A DNA stretch of 64,000 bases from an uncultured Nitrospiraceae bacterium. Its GTDB lineage: Bacteria; Nitrospirota; Thermodesulfovibrionia; Thermodesulfovibrionales; Dissulfurispiraceae. The first letter of the stretch is position 1, and the number at the start of each line of letters is the position of its first letter. The position numbers and the translations under genes are program-made. The stretch is from the NCBI GenBank assembly GCA_963705105.1, contig CAVPIW010000009.1, positions 256,001-320,000 of the forward strand, in the 5' to 3' direction. This document shows, piece after piece, positions 37,938 to 47,457 of the stretch. The notes beneath the pieces are model-generated. The model was not told where the DNA came from. It saw only the letters and a list, made by a program, of their open reading frames with translations, and made no database searches.

Positions 37938-40085
37938 CTACCGCACCACCATAGGCGAGCCGATGAGCGAGCCGCCGCCGGACGAAAAGACCGATATCGT
38001 CCTCGCCGTGCCGGGCTGCGGGTTCGTCACCACGCCGGGACGGTATCTCCAGGCGCCGACGGCGTCAGCCCTGGTCGTTGCGATGATCGGGCCCGTTGTA
38101 CCGGTGCCGAGCCTGATCGTGATCGTCGCGCCCGGGATGTTCGTCGTGCCGCTGATGTTGTAACCCGAGCCGGTCCTGAACTCGGCCTTCTGCACGAGTA
38201 TGACCTCCTGCGCAGGCAGAACGGTCACCGTCACCGTCGCAGGCGTCGTCGCCGCGACTCCGAGGTTGTCCGACACGTTGTAGGTGAAGGTCGCCGTGCC
38301 GCTGAAGCCCGCCGCCGGCGTGTACGTGACCTGTCCGGTCGCCGTGTTCGCAAAGAGCGTTCCCGACGGGAAAGGACCGCTTGCGATTATCAGTGTATTC
38401 GGATTGAGCGTGCCGTCGACGTCGGTGTCGTTTGCCAGCACATTGATAAGCACCGGCGTCCCCGGAGTGGTCGACGCCGTGTCGTTCACCAGCACCGGCG
38501 CGCTGTTGACGGGAGTGACGGTGATGGCCACGGTCGCGTTATTGGACACGAGGCCGTTGGTGTCACTGATGACATACACAAAGCTGTCGGCGCCGCTGAA
38601 ATTCAGGGCCGGCGTGTAGCTCACCGTCCCGCCGGTGTTGGCGCCAAGAGTACCGTGAAGCGGTTGGGTAACGATGGCCACCGAGGCGAGGTTGAGCGTC
38701 GCCGGGAGTGTAGCCGTGTCGTTCGCCGCCACGTCGATGATCACCGACGCGTTCTCCAGCGTGTTCACCGTGTCATTGGCCGCAACCGGCCCGGTACCGG
38801 CCGTTGAGACGATGACGCTGGTCTTGACGGTCTCGGTCCCGCCCTTGTCCGATGTGACGGTCACCGAGGCAGGGGGCACGAAGACGTTCGCCGCGCTGAC
38901 GGTCCACGAGCCTGCAAGCGCGTCGAAGGTCATGAGGCCGATGCCCGCCGCCGTCAGTGCCGGCAGAGGCGCGAGCAGGTCGCTCGACAGGGCGTTCACG
39001 GTCAGCGCCCTCGTGGTCACATCGTAGCCGGCAAGGGTGATGAGCACCTCGTCATTGAGGGCAGTCGTTACCACCGTGGGCGGCACGTCAGACAGGTTCG
39101 TGACTGTGATGGCAGCCGGCAACGTCGTCCCCGCCGCAAAGGGAATGTAGCCGAAGAACTTGCCCGTCGCCGGGTCGCCCACCATGTTCGTCGCGGTGAG
39201 GCCCGTGCCGCTGACCTGCAGGTTGGCGGTACCGATCGATGTGGCGAAGACGGTCACAAAGCCTGCGCCGGTGGCATCCCGTGTGTACGCAGCCCGGTCC
39301 ACCTTCAGCGGGCTCGGGATCGCACCGGTGAAGACCTTGCCGGCCACGAAAAAGAGATTAGACCTGACACTGTTCAGTCCTGTCCCGCCCAGATTACCCG
39401 GGTTGATGCCGGGTCCGTCAATCTGGATGAAATTCGTTCCGAAGGGGCTCCCCGTCACCGTATGCGGCACCCCCGGGTCGCCGATATACTGGTTTCCCGC
39501 CGCATCGAAGATCGGGAGACCCGTGTCCCACCTCAGGAAGGGACCGAGGTTGCCGTTCAGCGCTCCGACGAAATCGAGGGGCGCAATGGGGATGTCCTCG
39601 GTAAAACCCTGCGGAGCGTGGGGAGGCGCCAGCACCTTGACACCGAAGGGGTGTGTCACCGTATACGTCGCGTTCGGATCGGGAACGTCGAACCTGATCC
39701 GAAGCCTCGTGAAGACCATCTGCTGGGTGTTGACCGGCACACCGTTCAGGAAGGTCCCTTCCAGGGCGAACCTGATCTGACGGACGCTGGCAGGGAGCGT
39801 TGCAGGATCATGATCCGCGATAAAGAAAAAGAGTTCGCCCGGGAAATTCGCCGGAAAGGAGACGGGCAGGTTGGGGTTAAAGGTCGCATCGGGCAGAAGG
39901 ATGCAGAGCCCGTTGTTGACCAGACAGGGCTCAAGGGCGAGACCTGCCGTGTCCCGGTAGAAAACCGGGAAACCGTTGGTGGGACTGACCGGTCCCACGT
40001 CCGAAAGGATGGCGTGGGCTGCCGCAGCGAGGCCCAGCACAAGAAAAACAGCTGCGAAAGTCAGGGTGATGCGTTTCGCTCTCAT
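37938..40085 (-). CDS. GFPVFYRD domain + tandem bacterial Ig-like (Big_9/cadherin-like) domains, secreted
   Basis: Signal peptide; PVAAND..T.EN..V.IDVAAND, YTP..NFSGADSF.Y, N.APV..ND repeats. Confidence 0.8.
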   Translation of the reverse strand: MRAKRITLTFAAVFLVLGLAAAAHAILSDVGPVSPTNGFPVFYRDTAGLALEPCLVNNGLCILLPDATFNPNLPVSFPANFPGELFFFIADHDPATLPASVRQIRFALEGTFLNGVPVNTQQMVFTRLRIRFDVPDPNATYTVTHPFGVKVLAPPHAPQGFTEDIPIAPLDFVGALNGNLGPFLRWDTGLPIFDAAGNQYIGDPGVPHTVTGSPFGTNFIQIDGPGINPGNLGGTGLNSVRSNLFFVAGKVFTGAIPSPLKVDRAAYTRDATGAGFVTVFATSIGTANLQVSGTGLTATNMVGDPATGKFFGYIPFAAGTTLPAAITVTNLSDVPPTVVTTALNDEVLITLAGYDVTTRALTVNALSSDLLAPLPALTAAGIGLMTFDALAGSWTVSAANVFVPPASVTVTSDKGGTETVKTSVIVSTAGTGPVAANDTVNTLENASVIIDVAANDTATLPATLNLASVAIVTQPLHGTLGANTGGTVSYTPALNFSGADSFVYVISDTNGLVSNNATVAITVTPVNSAPVLVNDTASTTPGTPVLINVLANDTDVDGTLNPNTLIIASGPFPSGTLFANTATGQVTYTPAAGFSGTATFTYNVSDNLGVAATTPATVTVTVLPAQEVILVQKAEFRTGSGYNISGTTNIPGATITIRLGTGTTGPIIATTRADAVGAWRYRPGVVTNPQPGTARTISVFSSGGGSLIGSPMVVR

Positions 40086-40216
40086 AGACTACCTCCACCT
40101 CTATCATAGATTGGGTGCGCTGAAACCGCACCCTTCCATCAATTATACCTCAGGGGGCTCCGTATTCAAACAGAGGGGAACGGAAGGAACGTCCGAACAA
40201 AAGCTTGTGGTCACCT

Positions 40217-40251
40217 GAAAAGAAGAAGGGGGGCAGGATTGCCCTGCCCCC
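40217..40251 (-). terminator. rho-independent terminator
   Basis: GGGGCAGG-attgc-CCTGCCCC with a U-rich tail on the minus strand; same hairpin at 53761. Confidence 0.7.
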
Positions 40252-40280
40252 CTTTGTCAGGATTTGTACTCGATACGTCC

Positions 40281-42026
40281 CTACGGGTTCCTGATCGTCC
40301 AGGTTATCCCGTTGGGAGAGGTCCAGATCTTGCCGCTCAGCGCGTTGAGAATGGAGATCTCGGAGCCGAGCCTGCCGAGATACATCAGCTCGTCTGCCGT
40401 GCCGGCCAGGGTCACCCAACCGGAGTTGCCCGGGGCTGCGACAGGGGTGTTCGCGATCCAGATCTTCCTGGTTGCGGCGTTGATACCGCCGAACTCGTCG
40501 CCCAGTCTGGCGGCGTTGAAGTCACCGGCCGTGATCTCGCCCAGCGTGCCCGTCGTGTTCGTCCAGGTCGCCAGGTCGGTGGTGAACCAGATCTTCCCGG
40601 CGGCGCTCAGGCCCGCCAGGTCGTCAAGGCCATCGTTGTTGAAGTCGCCGATCGTCATCGAGGCGAGGGTGCCGGGCGCATTGACCCAGATCGCGCCGAG
40701 GTCCGTGCTGAACCATATCTTGCCGGCAGCGCTCAGGCCGATGATGTCAGTCGTCCCGACGTTGTCGAAGTTGAAGGACTTGATCTGCGCAAGGCTGCCC
40801 GTGGCAGTCTGCGTCAGGTTGACCATGGTCGTGGAGACGAGCACCCGGTTTGCCGTGGAGATACCGGCAATTTCCTCGCCGAGCCTGGCAACGTTGAAGT
40901 CGCCGGCCACGATGTCTTTTACGAGCGTGCCGAGCGGCGCCGTCGGCAATGCCGTGGCGGTCAGCATGTCGTTGTAGACGAAGACCGTGCCGGCGGTGGT
41001 GACGATGGCGATCTCGTCGCCAAGCCTCGCGTTGTTGAAGTTTCCGGAAATGACCTTCGCCACCGTCGCGCCCACAGGCGGGGTCAGCCTGATCCACGTC
41101 GAGAGGGTCGTGCTGAACCACGCCGAGTTGACGTCACCGACCTGGGCGTTGTTGCCGATGGCCGCGATGTCCTGCTGGCCGTCGCCGTCGAAGTCACCCT
41201 TCGCAATGGCCGTCGCCACGGCCAGGGTGTCGAAGAGCTTGCCCTGGACCAAGAACTGAGTCGTCGTCAGAGGGGCCAGGGGCGGGCAGGTGACCGTAAA
41301 CACGTTGTTGCCCGTCGGGCTGCCCGTGACGGTCTGCGGCACGTTGGGGTTGCCTATGTAACCCACAGGAGCAGGCGGAGCGACTGCCGTCAGGAAGATG
41401 CTGAGCGCATTGCCCCAGGGATCACCCACGCTGGGGGGGATAGGAGTTGCCATAATGGAGTAGCCCAGAGGGGGCAGCCTGGTTTCACAGGGCAAGGCCG
41501 GGATTCCGTCAACGCAGCCGTAATCCGTCGTGAAGTTGAGGGTTCCCGCTGCGTCAGTGGTCAGGATGTCGCCTCCGGCTGAGGAGAAGGGATGCACGAT
41601 CGTACACGCCGTATTCAGCGGCAGCCCGCTCCCCCTCACACGGATGCGGTTGAAGGCCCACTGGAAACCGTCCACGGCACTGCCGTCGGCAGTCCCGAAA
41701 GCCGCCTCAACAGCCAGGACGAGTGATGCTTCAGGCGCAGGCGGCGGTCCTCCGACAGCCGTGTCTGCAGCCCACCAGAAGCCCTCACCGCCGCCAAAAC
41801 CGATGATCTGCTCGAAGGGTGTGACCGGCGCAACGGCAAGGCAGTTGGGGTCTCCGCCGGGGCAGAGACCGAGCCGCAGGCCAGCCTTGTCCTGAACCCA
41901 AATCGGGTAGCCGGTGGCCGCGTCAACGGGGCCGATCGCCCCCAACTCCGCGAATGCGGGTACACTGAAAGCCATAACGACCGCAAGGGCCATCATGAGA
42001 GTCGCTATCTTGATCCTCATACTCAT
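40281..42026 (-). CDS. GYPIWVQD domain + FG-GAP-like propeller, secreted (paralogue of 53811-55583)
   Basis: GGAGGAG RBS, signal peptide AFA/ELG, shared domain plus repeats. Confidence 0.82.
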   Translation of the reverse strand: MSMRIKIATLMMALAVVMAFSVPAFAELGAIGPVDAATGYPIWVQDKAGLRLGLCPGGDPNCLAVAPVTPFEQIIGFGGGEGFWWAADTAVGGPPPAPEASLVLAVEAAFGTADGSAVDGFQWAFNRIRVRGSGLPLNTACTIVHPFSSAGGDILTTDAAGTLNFTTDYGCVDGIPALPCETRLPPLGYSIMATPIPPSVGDPWGNALSIFLTAVAPPAPVGYIGNPNVPQTVTGSPTGNNVFTVTCPPLAPLTTTQFLVQGKLFDTLAVATAIAKGDFDGDGQQDIAAIGNNAQVGDVNSAWFSTTLSTWIRLTPPVGATVAKVISGNFNNARLGDEIAIVTTAGTVFVYNDMLTATALPTAPLGTLVKDIVAGDFNVARLGEEIAGISTANRVLVSTTMVNLTQTATGSLAQIKSFNFDNVGTTDIIGLSAAGKIWFSTDLGAIWVNAPGTLASMTIGDFNNDGLDDLAGLSAAGKIWFTTDLATWTNTTGTLGEITAGDFNAARLGDEFGGINAATRKIWIANTPVAAPGNSGWVTLAGTADELMYLGRLGSEISILNALSGKIWTSPNGITWTIRNP

Positions 42027-42260
42027 TTGCTCCTCCTTTTCTCTGTTCATGTATACAGCGAGTCGATCTGAAACCGATCGTCCTCACATTTCACGTCGCC
42101 CTCCGGACGGGATGTCCTGAGGAGACAACGGAACTCCTCACCATGGTACGTCTCTTTCTCTCCCGCATCACCACCTTTCATGAGCAGTCGGTCTGACGGA
42201 AAAAAGACCGCTGTCTCACCCCGGCACATGGCCGGGTGCTGAATCTCTGAAGTTTTAATT

Positions 42261-42276
42261 AGCAAGTCTTCTGCCA
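42261..42276 (-). promoter_or_regulatory. candidate sigma-54 promoter
   Basis: Minus strand TGGCAGAAGACTTGCT. Confidence 0.7.
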
Positions 42277-42429
42277 GCGATATGTCATTGTCACATATGC
42301 TCTTCTCACATAGCTGTGACACTTCTGTCATGCAACAGAGCCGACAATCCTGGCAGGGTCTGACAAAAAAGACAGATCCCCGATGCCACGAACTGCCCAT
42401 CCCTCCTAATTCGATTATACATCAAAAAA

Positions 42430-42562
42430 GACTACCTCGCAAAAAGTCCCGTAAAGGGCTTGTCCGTCATTCCCGTGCAGACTGGAATCCAGTCCTTTCA
42501 GGCAGTTATTTATTCTCTGGATACCCGCCTTCGCGGGTATGACGACTTTTTACGAGCCCGTC
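42430..42562. mobile_element. MITE family A, copy 3 (reverse, 27 nt shorter)
   Basis: Same TIRs and hairpins; 6-bp direct repeat AAAAAA on both sides. Confidence 0.75.
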
Positions 42563-42616
42563 AAAAAATACACTTTCCCAAATGACCGGATTGCCTCATA
42601 AAGAAAGGCTACAAGT

Positions 42617-42810
42617 TAACCTTGCATAGAAAGGCGGGGCGAAGCACTCTGAAAACAGTGTCAGTGTGAGTGTCAGTGTCGGAAAAGATGTCCAATTCTC
42701 CTGACATCGGCTTATGCCTCGTCTTCTGTCACGATACAGGTGTCGCCGCAGCAAGGTTTTCGGCGCATACGCCCCGCCTTTCCCGGGCGTGTATTACAAC
42801 GATAGGGTTA
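42617..42810. mobile_element. MITE family B copy (reverse; interior partly replaced by AGTGT(C/G) hexamers)
   Basis: Ends match 13977-14192; TA at both ends. Confidence 0.7.
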
Positions 42811-42866
42811 AGATCAGCGCATCAAAAAAGAAAAATGCGAGAGATCATTGGGTCCGGCGGTAGCAA

Positions 42867-42882
42867 AGCAATTCTGATGCCG
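42867..42882 (-). promoter_or_regulatory. candidate sigma-54 promoter with no adjacent ORF
   Basis: Minus strand CGGCATCAGAATTGCT; shares a 19-bp upstream box with the 33637 promoter. Confidence 0.55.
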
Positions 42883-43152
42883 GCAATAGCCTTGAAAATC
42901 CTCTTTTATTTCAGCCATGGCCCCGGCTTATCCGTACGTTATATCATAACCTACTGTATGCTTTTTTCTACCCACCCGATGCATGGGCAAACACAGACGT
43001 GCGGGACCACGCGAGGGTTTGAGCCGGAAAGAGCTATGGGTGAGGAGCGCCGAACATTCTCCATAAAAAAAGAGGCAAGGGATGCGTGACGAATGCACAT
43101 GCACGCGCACCCTTGCCCCTCCATGTCGAGGCCTCCCCGACGGTCATTCGCC

Positions 43153-44928
43153 TTACGGAAGCGTGACCTCCGTCCATGTGGTCAGATCGGTGCTGAGCCA
43201 CACGCGGCCATCATTGCTGATGCCCGCGAGGTCATCCGCTCCGGCGTTGTCGAAGTTGCCCCCGACAACTTTCACCATCACGACTCCTGCCGGCACCGGA
43301 ATCTCGGTGAGGCTCGACATGTTCGTCGTGAAGAAGACCTGCCCGAGACCGTTCACGCCTGCAAGCTCGACGCTGATGCCGGCGCCGTTGAAGTTACCCG
43401 TCGTGAGCTGCGTGAGAGGGCCTGACAGGGTCGTGGAAACCTCCGTCCAGAGCCCGGCGAGACCCAGGTCGGTCCTGAACCAGACCTTCCCGACGGCGCT
43501 CAAACCTGCCATGTCGGATGTCCCGTTGCCGTCGAAATCGCCGGTGACCATCTTCGCCAGGGTGCCGGTGATGTTCGTCCAGTTCGTGCCCAGGTCATTG
43601 GTGAACCAGATCTTGCCGGCTGCACTGACACCACCGATGTCGCTCACTGCGTCGCCGTTGAAGTCGCCTGTCACGACCTGGGCAAGGGTGCCGCGCACCT
43701 GGGTCCAAAGCCCGCCCGGGAGCAGGTTCGTCCTGATCCATATCTTGCCCGCAGCGCTGATGCCGCCGATGTCGGAGAGGCCGTTGCCGTCGAAGTCGCC
43801 GCTCACAATCTTGGCGAGCGTGCCCGTCAGCAGGGTCAGTGTTGCGAGGTTCTCGCTCAGAAAGACCTGGCCGGCAGCGTTGATGCCTGCAAACTCATCA
43901 CCGATGATGCCCGGTTCCAGCACGAAATCGCCCGTCACGATCTGGCTGAGCGGCCCCGGCACGACACTCCACCCGAGGGCCGCGTTTGTTGTGATCACCG
44001 CCGCCCCGTTGAAGTCGATGCCGGCGAAATCGTCAATGCCGTCGCCGTTGAAGTCACCCTTTGTCAGATCCGCAAGCCCGCGGTTCGCGATCGTCGCCGG
44101 GGCCATGAAGACCGCCGAGTCCCCGCGCTCGTCCACGGCGTCGGCGATGACGATCTTGACGTGATGACTGACGCCGGGGGCGACGGCGGCCGTGGCGGTC
44201 AGCGGGATGCTGAAGCCGTCATACTGCGTGAGGAAAGGCGTGAAGGCCGGGAAAAAGAAGGCCGGCTCGTTGTTGTTGAAGAGACCAGGATTGACGAGCG
44301 TGTTGACGTTCGCCACCGAAACGAGCCGGTCAAAGGCCGTGGCGCCCGGGACGAGGGCGATGTTCACGCCGTCGATGAAGACCGCCATCAGGTCGTTCTG
44401 GGAAAGAAACCCGGCGTTATTGGGGAAGAGGTGCTCGTCGGAGGCAAAAACGAAGTTAAAAATGATCGTGTTGCCGGTCGGTATGAAGTCGAACTCCAGG
44501 ACTGCGGCGTCGCAGGTCGCCTGGGGAGCCGGACCGAGGGCGAGAAGCGCATTGAGGCCCGCGTCACCGCCCTGGCAAACGCCCGCTCCGAAGTGACCCG
44601 TCGTGACGAGGTCGGCGTCGAAGAGCGGCGTTGACACGTTCGGTATGGCTGCGTTGGCGATGTCTCCGCTGCTGAGCATGATGCCCGCATCCACGCCGAT
44701 CCCGTCTGCGGCGGCGCCGCTGAACAGACCGATTGCTGTCAGTGTTGACGGAAAGGCCGTATTGACGCTCGTCGTCACATTGGCCGTCACCGTGCCCAGC
44801 GGCATCAGGGCGTTCACCACGTCCTGCGGGGTCACGGCATTGAGATCCTGCGTGGTGATACCGTAGGCGGCCGTCTGCAGGACAAAGACAAGGACAAAGG
44901 CCGACAACAACTTATTCAAACCTCTCAT
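43153..44928 (-). CDS. choice-of-anchor L-like domain + FG-GAP-like propeller, secreted
   Basis: GGAGG RBS; GIMLSSG, DAAVLEFDFIP, FVFASDE, GVNIALVPG, QYDGF, KIVIAD..DSAVF. Confidence 0.82.
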   Translation of the reverse strand: MRGLNKLLSAFVLVFVLQTAAYGITTQDLNAVTPQDVVNALMPLGTVTANVTTSVNTAFPSTLTAIGLFSGAAADGIGVDAGIMLSSGDIANAAIPNVSTPLFDADLVTTGHFGAGVCQGGDAGLNALLALGPAPQATCDAAVLEFDFIPTGNTIIFNFVFASDEHLFPNNAGFLSQNDLMAVFIDGVNIALVPGATAFDRLVSVANVNTLVNPGLFNNNEPAFFFPAFTPFLTQYDGFSIPLTATAAVAPGVSHHVKIVIADAVDERGDSAVFMAPATIANRGLADLTKGDFNGDGIDDFAGIDFNGAAVITTNAALGWSVVPGPLSQIVTGDFVLEPGIIGDEFAGINAAGQVFLSENLATLTLLTGTLAKIVSGDFDGNGLSDIGGISAAGKIWIRTNLLPGGLWTQVRGTLAQVVTGDFNGDAVSDIGGVSAAGKIWFTNDLGTNWTNITGTLAKMVTGDFDGNGTSDMAGLSAVGKVWFRTDLGLAGLWTEVSTTLSGPLTQLTTGNFNGAGISVELAGVNGLGQVFFTTNMSSLTEIPVPAGVVMVKVVGGNFDNAGADDLAGISNDGRVWLSTDLTTWTEVTLP

Positions 44929-45054
44929 ACAACACCTCCTGGAATTGGATTGGAACTGCAGTTCTTTCATGTCAGGGATCGTTGGCGGCCCACACGGCCC
45001 GCTGGAAGCACGACGCAGGAAAAGGAAGACCCCCGGGTTATTAACAATACACTA

Positions 45055-45070
45055 TGCAAAAAAGATACCT
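45055..45070 (-). promoter_or_regulatory. candidate sigma-54 promoter
   Basis: Minus strand AGGTATCTTTTTTGCA; two TGACAGAnnTGGCA boxes at 45134-45170. Confidence 0.6.
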
Positions 45071-45184
45071 TGCAGAAGCAGCCCCGCATACAATAAAAAC
45101 AGGCACTTGCGGGCAAGAGTCCCAGATATGGACTGACAGAAATGGCACAGGACACGTGACAGACGTGGCAGAAGGTTCAGTCAT

Positions 45185-45212
45185 GGCGGGCCGGTGAAAC
45201 CGCCGGCCCGCC
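45185..45212 (-). terminator. hairpin after the YncE-like gene
   Basis: GGCGGGCCGG / CCGGCCCGCC. Confidence 0.55.
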
Positions 45213-45227
45213 GACTTCACGACGACA

Positions 45228-47273
45228 CTACTTTCCTGCCCCGACGATGAGCATGACCGGCTTGAGCGAGTCCGCCCGGATGTTCTTCGAGCGGGATGTC
45301 AGGACGAGGTAGTAGACACCGGGCTGGTCGAGCCTGACCGGCACCTCGTAGACGCCTTCTCCGGTATGGCGGCCGGCGAACATGAAGTTGCTCATGCTCG
45401 CCGCATGGAAGGTCTGCACAACCAGGTCGCCCGCGTCCTCGATCGCCTTTCCGTTTGCGATGTTGTAGATCCTCACTTTCAGCCTGAAGATCTCTCCGGC
45501 CGCCGCCTGCAGGTCCTTGTTCAGGACCTCCATGTCGGGCTCGCTCTTCCCGGCAAAGGTGGGGTTCGGCGTCGCCGTGAAAGTGAAACAGTGGCTCATC
45601 TTGGGCGAGTCGAGGAAGATCGCTACCTCAAAGTCCCCGCTCCCGGGCACGCGGATCGTCGAGGCGTAGACACCGGGCTCGACGGGCCTGAGGTTCCTGT
45701 TCACCGTGAGCACCGCCCTCGGCACCTGTCCGCCGTAGCTCCTGAAGCTCCCCATGGCGACGTCCATGCCTTCCATGTAATAGTAAATCTTCTCGTCGGC
45801 CGGGTTGACGATGAGGATATGGCCCTCCATGAATGTGGGCAGGATCATGTCGGCCGGCGAGTAATAGCGGGAGTTACCGGGGGGCTTCTCGCCGCCGGGG
45901 ATGTTGAACGTCCGCAGGACCTCGGCCTTCCCCAGGGTCGTATGGTCGATCATCGTGTACTTCGCGTCCGCCCGGGAGTGGATGAACGCGAAGGTCCGCG
46001 AAAAGGTGATCTGGTCCGGTTCAGGCATGACCTCGACAGTATGGGCGACGGTGTTGTTCGAGGCGTCGATGATGGAGACGACGTTCTCCCTGCCGTTCGC
46101 GGCAAAACCCCACCGGTCGCCGGGAGCGAACCTCATCACCTGCAGGCCCGGCTTCAACCGGATCACGGCCGTCTCGTCAAAGCCCTTGCCGCCGATTACC
46201 CTGATCGTCCCCTCGCCCTCACTCGTCACGTAGGCCGATTTACTTAGAGACGAGTATGTGACGGACGACGGTACCGTGCCCGCCTTGATGTCCGTCACCT
46301 TTGCAAGCTTCTGCACGTCGATGACGGACAGTGTGCCGTCCCCGCTGTTGGTGACGAAGGCGAAGAGACTGTCGTCGGAGAATGCTACTGTGTGCCGGCC
46401 CGCGCCGGTCTTTATCGTGGCGGCCAGTTCCTGTTTCGACGCGTCGATCACGGCCACCCCCCCCTCATCGGGCGTGTCCGAGTCGAGGGAAACCCATATG
46501 TATCGCTTATCGGGCTGCAGCGCGATCTTCTGAGGGTTCTTGCCGACGGCGATGTTCTTCGAGACTTCGAACTTCTCGATGTTCACCACGGCCACAAGTC
46601 CTGCGCGGGGCAGCGTGACGAAGAGGTTCCGCTCGTCGGCGCCGTAGGTCCAGTCCTGGGCCGGCGCCCGCAGGTGAACGACGGTGAAGAGCGACGTCTT
46701 TCCGGCGAGCGACACGTAGGGATCGATCACGTTGATCGAGGCGTCGTTGTTCATGGCAAGGACGTAATAGCCGTTCAGATCGATCAGGGGCCGGTACGCG
46801 ACGATGCCTTTGAAATAGGCCCTGATCTTGTCGGCGCACCCGACAGGACCGATGGCCGGATGGTCCTTCTGCGCCGCTTTCCTCGCATCCACCCATGAGC
46901 CGGGGTACAGGGACTGGATGGGGTTACCCGTCGTGCTGTCAGTGATCCTGAAACGGAGCTCCGTGAGCTCGCCCTCGACGATCTCTGCGCCGTAGAGCGG
47001 TTTCACCGTCAGCTCGATATTGATGCCCTTGTCGCTGAACTCCTGACGATGGAGCTTCGGCTCCGCCTGTTTCATCGCCTCGGGTGTGAGTTCTTTTGTG
47101 CCGATCACGAGCGGCGCCTGCGGGGCGCCGGCCTGACCGAAGGCGGGCATGAAAGACCCCGTGAAAAGGACCATCGCCGCGACCATCGATACCGCTACGG
47201 CGAGGCATCCCTTCCGGGCGGTCTTCGTGTAAGACCGGTCGGATGTTTTTCTGATATCCCTTTTGAATAACAT
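45228..47273 (-). CDS. YncE/YVTN (cytochrome d1-like) beta-propeller with C-terminal YtkA/FixH-like Ig domain, secreted
   Basis: Signal-like N-terminus; repeats I.VG.NP..IAL.PD.., AFVTNSGDGTLSVID; GEGVYEV..L..PGVYY. Confidence 0.75.
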   Translation of the reverse strand: MLFKRDIRKTSDRSYTKTARKGCLAVAVSMVAAMVLFTGSFMPAFGQAGAPQAPLVIGTKELTPEAMKQAEPKLHRQEFSDKGINIELTVKPLYGAEIVEGELTELRFRITDSTTGNPIQSLYPGSWVDARKAAQKDHPAIGPVGCADKIRAYFKGIVAYRPLIDLNGYYVLAMNNDASINVIDPYVSLAGKTSLFTVVHLRAPAQDWTYGADERNLFVTLPRAGLVAVVNIEKFEVSKNIAVGKNPQKIALQPDKRYIWVSLDSDTPDEGGVAVIDASKQELAATIKTGAGRHTVAFSDDSLFAFVTNSGDGTLSVIDVQKLAKVTDIKAGTVPSSVTYSSLSKSAYVTSEGEGTIRVIGGKGFDETAVIRLKPGLQVMRFAPGDRWGFAANGRENVVSIIDASNNTVAHTVEVMPEPDQITFSRTFAFIHSRADAKYTMIDHTTLGKAEVLRTFNIPGGEKPPGNSRYYSPADMILPTFMEGHILIVNPADEKIYYYMEGMDVAMGSFRSYGGQVPRAVLTVNRNLRPVEPGVYASTIRVPGSGDFEVAIFLDSPKMSHCFTFTATPNPTFAGKSEPDMEVLNKDLQAAAGEIFRLKVRIYNIANGKAIEDAGDLVVQTFHAASMSNFMFAGRHTGEGVYEVPVRLDQPGVYYLVLTSRSKNIRADSLKPVMLIVGAGK

Positions 47274-47396
47274 TATTGGCTCCTCGTGTCTCAATTATTT
47301 CAGACGTCCTTATCTCTCCCGAGAGAGGGTTCCCGACGCTGTTTTTTCAAATTATAGTATACCGCCCCAGCCGGTGAAAAAGAACCCCTGACGTGC

Positions 47397-47432
47397 AAAA
47401 GAGAGGGGGGTGCAGCCGAGGCCGCACCCCCC
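47397..47432 (-). terminator. rho-independent terminator after multicopper oxidase 1
   Basis: GGGGGTGC.GC / GC.GCACCCCC followed by CTCTCTTTT on the minus strand. Confidence 0.6.
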
Positions 47433-47457
47433 TTCGTTTCACGCTGTGCTTACGAGG

